Shown here: one piece after another, positions 18,384-25,585 of the stretch | How the letters are laid out: the number at the start of each line of letters is the position of its first letter | How positions within the stretch are numbered: the first letter of the stretch is position 1 | NCBI GenBank assembly: GCA_964591785.1 | Contig: CAZQDI010000002.1 | Span: forward strand, 443-64,442 | DNA: 64,000 bases | Source of the DNA: an uncultured Roseivirgaceae bacterium | GTDB lineage: Bacteria > Bacteroidota > Bacteroidia > Cytophagales > Cyclobacteriaceae | Direction: 5' to 3' | Position numbers and translations under genes: made by a program | Notes under the pieces: model-generated | What the model saw: the letters and a program-made list of their open reading frames with translations, nothing else | Told to the model about the DNA's origin: nothing | The model's database searches: none

Positions 18384-18676
18384 AATTGATTTCGAAGTTC
18401 TCTTGCATCATTGACGACCTGTTTTCCTTCGGTGGTCATCTCAAAGATCCGCTTGGTCCGTCCCCCTCTGACTTCGTTTCCTCCTCCCATATAGGATTTC
18501 AAGAAACCTTTTTTCTCCAGCCGAACCAGCGTGGAATGGATGGAACTGATGGTCACGTTTCGACCCGTCCGCTTTTTCACCTCGTCCTGTACGGAAACAC
18601 CGTAGGCATCTTCACTTAGAACTCCTACAATGAGCAAGCAAAGCTCTTCAAATTCTCCAATGGTCACTCGTTTCAT
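18347..18676 (-). CDS. PadR family transcriptional regulator
   Basis: 109-aa winged-helix pattern (EELCLLIVGVL..DAYGVSVQDEVKK...ISSIHSTLVRLEKKGFLKSY). Its 3' end overlaps the permease start by 37 nt. Confidence 0.85.
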   Translation of the reverse strand: MKRVTIGEFEELCLLIVGVLSEDAYGVSVQDEVKKRTGRNVTISSIHSTLVRLEKKGFLKSYMGGGNEVRGGRTKRIFEMTTEGKQVVNDARELRNQLWTDIPKLIWEK

Positions 18677-18743
18677 ATCTTTCTATTTTGCCGATATAGA
18701 ATATTGTACGAACGATAAATTAATATGTTTCTATTTTGCCGAT
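18675..18743. promoter_or_regulatory. pair of 21-nt direct repeats in the PadR / 18858-gene divergent region (candidate operator)
   Basis: ATATCTTTCTATTTTGCCGAT at 18675-18695 and ATATGTTTCTATTTTGCCGAT at 18723-18743 (20/21 identical, 48-nt period). The proximal copy abuts the PadR ATG (18676). Confidence 0.45.
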
Positions 18744-18857
18744 GTTTGACGAGCTTAACCCTCCAATGTACCTTATTGGGATTCTCAAGGCCACCCATTC
18801 ACAAATACAAGAATCAAAGCCCAAGCAGACAGGCCTTGTTCTTACCTTTGACTACCC

Positions 18858-19289
18858 ATGATCCATTCTAAACCTAAATCGAGCCTATTGATCTCCATCG
18901 CGATGGTACTGGTTGGTATCCTGCTACTGGATGGATGGCTCTTTTATTCTTTGCTCCTACATCCTGATGACTACTTCTGGTGGAAACTGGTCTTGACCCC
19001 TACCTTATTGGTGGTTGCCATTGCTATGGCAAGAAAAGGCTACCAGGCCACCTTGCAACTGTCAATTGGCAACAATCAACTGACCTACCGCTATTTGCTG
19101 AGTTCCCCTAAATCCCATCCAGTTTCAGAGGTGAAAAGCTGGCATGAAGATGTGGTCAACCCAAAAAAAGTAGCGTACCGTCGGCTAACGATCCTCCTCG
19201 CCCATGGACGGGTGCTCCAGCTGAGTAACCAGGAAAACAGCAATTATGAACGAGTCGTCACCTATCTGAAGAAGAAAGTCAGGATGTGA
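18858..19289 (+). CDS. hypothetical membrane protein (two N-terminal TM helices + small soluble domain)
   Basis: 143-aa ATG ORF with hydrophobic segments LLISIAMVLVGILLLDGWLFYSLLL and LVLTPTLLVVAIAMA. It is transcribed divergently from PadR. Confidence 0.6.
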   Translation: MIHSKPKSSLLISIAMVLVGILLLDGWLFYSLLLHPDDYFWWKLVLTPTLLVVAIAMARKGYQATLQLSIGNNQLTYRYLLSSPKSHPVSEVKSWHEDVVNPKKVAYRRLTILLAHGRVLQLSNQENSNYERVVTYLKKKVRM

Positions 19290-19683
19290 GGGGCAGGACT
19301 CCAAGATACCCCTCGATTGAAATGGTTAGGCATTATTCTTGACATCGCAGACATAGCTCCCCTGTTCTTATTGCCCAAGTATCTACCACAAGATGCGCAT
19401 GTCCAACCTCCAAGAAGCGCACTTTCCGGCTTCTTTGTGCCTACGATGGCCGCTCGACATACCTTTCATCCGAACCTTTGCAAGGGCATGCGGGATGGCC
19501 TGCTAGATTTCGTGTCCGTTATTCATACGTTTCCGTCAAATGATTGACAAAGGTGTTAAAATGTTGACTTTTTTACCGGTAAACCAAATCTTGCTAACAG
19601 AGCTTTCCGGAAAAAAAATAGAACTTTTCGTTCACGGGAAATTGGGGCAACGGGACTGCCTATTAAATGGAAATTGGCAATGT

Positions 19684-20973
19684 TCAATGCTGGTCCTTGG
19701 TCACAAAATAAAGCCCCACTCCCAACAGTAAAATCGCACAACTGACCCCGCTTTCAACCGGTTGCTGCACGGCCACAAATACCAAAGTCCAAAGACTCAC
19801 ACCTATGAAAATGAGGGGTGTAATTGGGTACCCCCAGGCTCGGTAGTCCCCTGATTGCATTTTATCTCTCGTACGAAGGATAAAAATGCCACCTACAGTA
19901 ATCGTCGTGATGGAAATGAGCAGGAATGAAGTATACAACAAGACCTGCTCAAACGTTGAGGAGTAGATGAAACCCAGACTGAGAATTGTGGAGAAAGCAA
20001 AAGCGTTGATGGGAATGCCCCTGCCATTGGTTTTCGCTAAAATCCGAAACGCTTTCATGTCCTCCCCCAGCTCCTTGCTCACCCAAGGGCCAAGAAAAAC
20101 ATAAGCACTCACCGTCGAAAGCAGCAGCACGGAAATGGCAATCGCTATGATCGATCCTCCGATTCCTCCAAAAATGGCCCTACCCGATAAAAAGCCCACC
20201 TCCAGCGCTCCTGCCAACGTTGAAATCGGGACGGTGTAAAGAAAAATGTAGTTGAGCAGCAGGTATAGGATCATGACAATGAAGGTGCCCAGAAATAATG
20301 ACCTGGGCAGGTTCCGCTGTGGTGAATCCATTTCCCCGATGATGTAGATGGAACTGTTCCAGCCAGTGTATGCATAAGACACGTAGATCAAAGCCACGGC
20401 GAATGGAGGACTTACGATCTCACCCCAACTACGGGAAGTAGGAAGCAACGAGACCTCCTGGGGAACCGTGATGCCAAATCCCAAAGCAATAAAAATCAGC
20501 ATCAACATCACTTTCAAAATGGTGGTCCCGTTTTGAATTCGACTGCCGAACTGGAGGGAATGCGAATGAATCCCCCCGAAAAGCAGGATCGTAGTGGCTG
20601 CCACATGATTTTCTGGAAGCCCGGGAAAGATGTTCCCCAGATACGATGCCAATGCCATGGCTGCCAAAGCGGCCGGTGCAGCAAACCCCACCGTAATAGA
20701 AACCCAGCCAGCCACAAAGCCCAACGCAGGATGATACAGCTCTCGAAGTAAGTTATACTCTCCTCCTGAACGCTTATAAACTGAGCCAAGTTCTGCATAG
20801 CAGACGGCTCCACAGAAGGCTACCACACCCCCCAACAGCCACAGGAAAAGAATCGAGAAACCTGATTTGATGTCTACCACCTGAAAACCTAAACTGGTAA
20901 ATACCCCCGTCCCGATCATCGACGAGATGACCAGGGAAGATGCGGTGAGGATACCCAGCTTATTGGATGTCAT
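19684..20973 (-). CDS. APC-superfamily amino acid permease
   Basis: 429 aa with about 12 TM helices. The N-terminal pattern LGILTASSLVISSMIGTGVFTSLG is typical of amino acid/polyamine transporters. Confidence 0.8.
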   Translation of the reverse strand: MTSNKLGILTASSLVISSMIGTGVFTSLGFQVVDIKSGFSILFLWLLGGVVAFCGAVCYAELGSVYKRSGGEYNLLRELYHPALGFVAGWVSITVGFAAPAALAAMALASYLGNIFPGLPENHVAATTILLFGGIHSHSLQFGSRIQNGTTILKVMLMLIFIALGFGITVPQEVSLLPTSRSWGEIVSPPFAVALIYVSYAYTGWNSSIYIIGEMDSPQRNLPRSLFLGTFIVMILYLLLNYIFLYTVPISTLAGALEVGFLSGRAIFGGIGGSIIAIAISVLLLSTVSAYVFLGPWVSKELGEDMKAFRILAKTNGRGIPINAFAFSTILSLGFIYSSTFEQVLLYTSFLLISITTITVGGIFILRTRDKMQSGDYRAWGYPITPLIFIGVSLWTLVFVAVQQPVESGVSCAILLLGVGLYFVTKDQH

Positions 20974-21150
20974 AGTTCAGTTGATGGAAATGAAGAAATG
21001 ATGTGCCAATTGATGGTCTATGCGAAGATAACCTTATGGTGAAGCTGACACCGGGATTGAACTGAAAATAATGCTAATAGCAAGAAAGTTATGACCTTTG
21101 GGTGGCTGCGGTTTCGACCGTCCATTGCAGGTTCCTATGACCAAAAAACC

Positions 21151-21930
21151 TCATTTTCCAAAAATCCTCGGAAACAAGGCGGGCACCTGTCGCTTGTAGG
21201 TCTGATACGCTTCGTTCCCGGCATACTTTCGCTCCAGCATGGGAACTCCTGACACGTATCGGATCAATAGTGTGATGGTAAGCGGACCAACAAGAAATAC
21301 TCCACTACCCGATAAAGGCCAGATTACCAGGTAGATACCCCACCACATCAGCACCTCTCCAAAATAGTTTGGGTGTCTGGAATGCGACCAAAGACCGGTC
21401 ATTAGAATTGCTTCCTTACTTTTTCTCTCTGCGACAAAAGCAGCCAACTGGCGATCACCAACCACCTGCCAATAAAAGCCAATGAGCCAAATAAGGATGC
21501 CGACGATCGTGAAAACTGACCAATTAGAAGTGGCAAAGGAGGAGGCATGCAACACGGGAGATATGATCATCAACAGGAATATTGACTGTAGTACATACAC
21601 CTGCAAAAAAGAACGAAGGTAAAAAGTGCGGCCCCACTCCTTTCGCCATTGCAAATACCTAAAGTCTTCGGGTTTCCGTCGATTGCGCAGAAACAAGTAG
21701 CTACTTAATCGAAGGCCCCAAATGACCGTAAGGACATAACTAATGCCTGCCACAGGATGTAAGGGCTTACTAAGGCCATGGTAGGTACTCAGCAAGACAA
21801 AACCGAGGCCCCAGCCGATGTCCGCCACATCATTTCGTTTCAGGACCAAAGAGATCCCGAACCATACGATCAGATGTCCACCCAAAAGGAGTACGCTTTC
21901 AAGAAAGACCGTGCTCACCGATTCACCCAT
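21151..21930 (-). CDS. DUF1295 / steroid-5-alpha-reductase-like membrane protein
   Basis: 259-aa multi-TM protein with the C-terminal signature GLWSHSRHPNYFGEVLMWWGIYL. Confidence 0.75.
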   Translation of the reverse strand: MGESVSTVFLESVLLLGGHLIVWFGISLVLKRNDVADIGWGLGFVLLSTYHGLSKPLHPVAGISYVLTVIWGLRLSSYLFLRNRRKPEDFRYLQWRKEWGRTFYLRSFLQVYVLQSIFLLMIISPVLHASSFATSNWSVFTIVGILIWLIGFYWQVVGDRQLAAFVAERKSKEAILMTGLWSHSRHPNYFGEVLMWWGIYLVIWPLSGSGVFLVGPLTITLLIRYVSGVPMLERKYAGNEAYQTYKRQVPALFPRIFGK

Positions 21931-22325
21931 TGCGTGATGAAATACCCACTTGTACTGACAATTGCAGTCAACACCATGCCCCAGAAAATATCAACAATCA
22001 CAACGTTTATGGGCCAATTTTTCAAGGTCGCCAGGTTTGTGAGATCGTAGGTGGCGTAAGTAAAGAATCCAAATAGTGCCCCATAAATCAGGGCGTGCAC
22101 ATAAGACTGCTTCTCGGTTGCTGGCATAATCACAAAAAGGAAAATACCCACAATGAACAGCAGGTAAAAGACAATGGCAGCGGTCCAGTTGACTTGTTCC
22201 GAGAGAAAATCCGACAAATAGCGCCCATAGAAGTTCTTGGCAATCACTCCTAGCCATAAAAGATCCACTGCAAAGAATACCACGGTGGTCAACAAGTAAC
22301 TTCCAACTAATTTGGTTAAAGGCAT
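21915..22325 (-). CDS. DUF2177-like membrane protein
   Basis: The ATG at 22325 gives MPLTKLVGSYLLTTVVFFAVDLLWLGVIAKNFYGRYL, whereas the ORF-track start at 22358 is GTG. There is a 16-nt overlap with the DUF1295 gene. Confidence 0.65.
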   Translation of the reverse strand: MPLTKLVGSYLLTTVVFFAVDLLWLGVIAKNFYGRYLSDFLSEQVNWTAAIVFYLLFIVGIFLFVIMPATEKQSYVHALIYGALFGFFTYATYDLTNLATLKNWPINVVIVDIFWGMVLTAIVSTSGYFITQWVNR

Positions 22326-22428
22326 ATTCCAGATTTTTGTTTCAATGGGTAAACACACTGGATAAGCAATGGTTTGAATCCTTCACCTAAAAGGTTTTGG
22401 GCTGCTGTCCATCCAATGGAAGTCTTCC

Positions 22429-22938
22429 CTAGTCCTCTTCCGGTTCGATGATCGCTTGTAATTGCTGATGGTAGACTTCCATCCTACCATGAGCGGTACC
22501 ATCAATTAACAAGATCACAATCATCATTGCAATGGTTGAAATCGCAGCTGCCCGCCATATGGGAGTTGGCACGAAAAGAATCAACAAAGCTGCCACAATG
22601 ATGATGCATGGAATGACTTTAAAAACGGTTTGATACTCTCTTAGGGTCCCTTCGGCACGTGTCATTTCAGTACGGGCAAAGGACGAAGAATCCTCATAAA
22701 AGGCCTTTTCAAATTGTGTGATTCTTGCTTTGTTCGTAAAAAATAATCCCACTCCAATAATCAGAAGCAAGCCACCCGCCACAAGCGTAGGAATGATGTA
22801 TGCCCTGGCAATTTCACTTTTGCCCAGCTGCCAAAACCCGACACTTGCTGCAAGGAATAATAGGGCAAAAAGGATGAAGAACCGCGTCGAGAAAACCTCC
22901 GCTCTAGCCCATTCAGTAGCTATTTTTAGTAAATCCAT
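22429..22938 (-). CDS. hypothetical 4-TM membrane protein
   Basis: 169-aa ORF with four clear hydrophobic helices, starting 11 nt downstream of the AraC gene. Confidence 0.6.
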   Translation of the reverse strand: MDLLKIATEWARAEVFSTRFFILFALLFLAASVGFWQLGKSEIARAYIIPTLVAGGLLLIIGVGLFFTNKARITQFEKAFYEDSSSFARTEMTRAEGTLREYQTVFKVIPCIIIVAALLILFVPTPIWRAAAISTIAMMIVILLIDGTAHGRMEVYHQQLQAIIEPEED

Positions 22939-22949
22939 CTTTTACTTAG

Positions 22950-23765
22950 TTAGGTAGTATGACTCATTAGGTTGCTTGGACTGTATCCATAGGCCTTCTT
23001 AAAGGCATATGAGAAATGCGAGAGGTTCTCAAAACCAGCTGAAAGATATACTTCCTTCGCCTTCTTTTTTTCAGTAGTTAGTTTGTAATGCGCTAAACCC
23101 AGCCGCTCCTCTGTGAGCCATTTTCCAGGGGTTTTGTGAAAGATCTTTTTGAAGTCTGCCTTGAAAGTGGTTAAGCTCCTACCGGTCAGAAAGGCAAACC
23201 GTTCTAAGGGGAGATTGTACATGAAATGCTCTTTCATATAACGCTCAAGATCAACCTTCCCGATCTCACTGAACGTACTCAAGATTGCGCTTGCTCTTGG
23301 ATCCACTTCTTCAATGATGGTAAGAATTTCCTGGATTTTTAAGGATACTAGTGCAGATGGAAGTTCATCCTGTGTTTCAAAGTAAGAAAGCAATGAGGCA
23401 AAGAAGCTATCAAGCAATGGATGCGAATGTACAGGTCGTTCCTTCGTCATGGGTTGGGTCCAGTTTTCGACGTCCCCTTTTTCTTGATAAAACTTACGGA
23501 GCTCTTCTTCAGGGAGAAGCATGGATACCGCCTTAAATGGTTGCCGGCCAACGGGCCCCTTCATTACACGGGTCAATTCATTTTTGGGAACCAAAACCGT
23601 ATCACCAGCTTTAAACTGCAAGGTCGTTTTCCCATAGATCATCGACAGTTCACCTGAATAAATAAATACAATGATGTGCTGGGGTGCAATGTGTTCCCAG
23701 GTATATTGCCTGTCAACTGTGCCCGACAGAAATACCCTACCGTTAGTCAGTGCTGCTGCTTTCAT
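22950..23765 (-). CDS. AraC family transcriptional regulator (cupin-like N-domain + HTH)
   Basis: C-terminal AraC HTH pattern (FKADFKKIFHKTPGKWLTEERL..A..LL......V.EVYLSAGFENLSHFSYAFKKAYGYSP). Confidence 0.85.
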   Translation of the reverse strand: MKAAALTNGRVFLSGTVDRQYTWEHIAPQHIIVFIYSGELSMIYGKTTLQFKAGDTVLVPKNELTRVMKGPVGRQPFKAVSMLLPEEELRKFYQEKGDVENWTQPMTKERPVHSHPLLDSFFASLLSYFETQDELPSALVSLKIQEILTIIEEVDPRASAILSTFSEIGKVDLERYMKEHFMYNLPLERFAFLTGRSLTTFKADFKKIFHKTPGKWLTEERLGLAHYKLTTEKKKAKEVYLSAGFENLSHFSYAFKKAYGYSPSNLMSHTT

Positions 23766-23771
23766 CTTTGC

Positions 23772-24737
23772 TTACAAGTTAAATCTTTGACCCGTCTGTT
23801 CCTCAGTGATTGACCATAATTTTACTGCTGCTTGCTTATCCAATGCATGCCCTTCTAGCCTGCAAGCACCCACAGGACCGGTCCAATAGTTACGACCTGT
23901 CGGACCATAGAAGCCACGCTGATCCAGGTCAGGCGCTGTTGCACACATCAATTCGGGATAGGAACCCTTTTCAGCTGACTGAACCAGTGGCGACCATTTC
24001 ATCAACTGCCAGATCAGGCGGGTCAACCAACCACCACTGGTTTTAATCAAAGACGTTCTGGACGCACCCGGATGGCAAGCGTAGGCCGAGACATTTGGAT
24101 TGCCAACTTCTTTCAATCGATCTTGCAATTCATAAACCGTCATGATTTGGGCGAGTTTGCTCTGGCTGTAAGCATCATTCCCGGTGTAATTCCTGTTCCA
24201 GTTTAAGTCCTCGAATTTGATCCTCTTGAGACCTAAATTATAGCCCATACTCCCAACCGTCACAATGCGTCCTTTTGCTTTTTCGACCAAAGGGAAGAGC
24301 ATCGCCTGTAGCGTAAAATGACCATAATGGTTCACACCAAGTTGACTTTCATGCCCATCGACTGTCAGAACTTGATTGGGAACCTGTGCGATGGCCCCGT
24401 TGCAGATCAACGCATCAACGGGAGTCGCCTCATCCAGTAGCTTTTGCGCGGCTTCACGAACAGAAGCCTGCACTGCCAAATCCATCTGAATCGATGATAC
24501 GTTAGTATCCTGGCCAAATTCTTCCTTGAAGGCCTTCTCAGCAGCATTAGACTTTTGCAGGTTTCGGTTCAACATCACTACGGTCGCACCTTTGGACAAA
24601 AGTATTCGTGTGGCCTCATAGCCCGTACCGCTTGTGGTACCCGTGATGACAAACGTTTTAGCAGTGAGGTCTCCCATGCTTTCCGGGGTCCATCCGCCCG
24701 TACCGAATTCCGTGTTCTTTTTCATCTTTGTCTTCAT
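23772..24737 (-). CDS. SDR family oxidoreductase
   Basis: Rossmann motif VITGTTSGTGYE and catalytic YSQSK. 321 aa. Confidence 0.85.
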   Translation of the reverse strand: MKTKMKKNTEFGTGGWTPESMGDLTAKTFVITGTTSGTGYEATRILLSKGATVVMLNRNLQKSNAAEKAFKEEFGQDTNVSSIQMDLAVQASVREAAQKLLDEATPVDALICNGAIAQVPNQVLTVDGHESQLGVNHYGHFTLQAMLFPLVEKAKGRIVTVGSMGYNLGLKRIKFEDLNWNRNYTGNDAYSQSKLAQIMTVYELQDRLKEVGNPNVSAYACHPGASRTSLIKTSGGWLTRLIWQLMKWSPLVQSAEKGSYPELMCATAPDLDQRGFYGPTGRNYWTGPVGACRLEGHALDKQAAVKLWSITEEQTGQRFNL

Positions 24738-24751
24738 CGATTATGGAAGAC

Positions 24752-24817
24752 AAAGGTCAAGGCAATTTCAAAGATCGACTTTGTTTAAAGGTCGGATTTG
24801 CTTTGCTTAAAAGTCGC
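24752..24817 (-). promoter_or_regulatory. four degenerate AAAGNTCG-type direct repeats upstream of the SDR-AraC operon (possible AraC sites)
   Basis: AAAGGTCAA 24752, AAAGATCGA 24770, AAAGGTCGG 24787 and AAAAGTCGC 24809, with spacings of 17-22 nt. They lie 15-80 nt upstream of the SDR ATG (24737). The motif is weak and degenerate. Confidence 0.2.
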
Positions 24818-24946
24818 AGCTCTTAAAGCCCACTCGATTATGACATGTTGCACGATTGAATCAGGGAGATTTTCAGTTTCATCAACCAAGTGGGGATCTA
24901 TCCACTTCAATTTTCTTTGTTCGGCCAATAAGACGGTAGCTAATCA

Positions 24947-25585
24947 CTATTTAAATCGGAAAGAGGCACGTCGATAGCTGCTGTTCATTTCAAGTTTTGC
25001 CAACTCAAGTTGCTTCTCCTCCTGCTGATATAAATAGCACATCAACTCATTTTTACTGTTGATATGCTGCACCCGAAGCGCAACCAGTTCATCTCTAAGT
25101 GCTACTATTTCTTCAAACATCTTATGCGTTTGGAAGTAGGCCTTGGTATCCAGCTGGTAGGTTCTCGAGGCCAAATCATTAATAAACTGACCAATTTGAT
25201 CAGCTTTGGCAATTGGACGTTGGGGAATGTAGCTAAGCGTATCAGGTGGCGGTGGCGCTACTACCTCAGTCTCTGTCCTTTGAATAAGCTCCGGACTGCT
25301 CTTGCAAGGGTTTTCTTTCGCAATAGCACTTCTTTTTAACACTAAATACGTGTTGCCTGAAGTTTCCAGATCGGTAAGAAGTTTTGCTTTCCGCTTCCCA
25401 AAAAGCCTTTTGTCGTATTTTGAAATCACCGTGTGAAGTTCCAACAGTTTATCTTGAAGTACGTCAACATCGCCCTTGGCATTATTCACGGCTTCACACG
25501 CCTCAAAGGCTTTCGTTTTCAACTGAGCGTAAGAAGAAAAAGACGAAGACGCGACAAGAATCAGGATTAATGTACTTCTCATCAT
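24947..25585 (-). CDS. hypothetical secreted coiled-coil protein
   Basis: Signal peptide MMRSTLILILVASSSFSSYAQ. The rest is heptad-like and helical, with a central Pro-rich linker (VVAPPPPDTLSYIPQRP). Its start overlaps the upstream stop (ATGA at 25582-25585). Confidence 0.65.
   Translation of the reverse strand: MMRSTLILILVASSSFSSYAQLKTKAFEACEAVNNAKGDVDVLQDKLLELHTVISKYDKRLFGKRKAKLLTDLETSGNTYLVLKRSAIAKENPCKSSPELIQRTETEVVAPPPPDTLSYIPQRPIAKADQIGQFINDLASRTYQLDTKAYFQTHKMFEEIVALRDELVALRVQHINSKNELMCYLYQQEEKQLELAKLEMNSSYRRASFRFK

Noticed and set aside
19317-19547. 76-aa ORF in the 394-nt gap as a gene.
   Set aside because: It has a TTG start, no recognisable motif and an odd composition. I mention it only under the gap finding.
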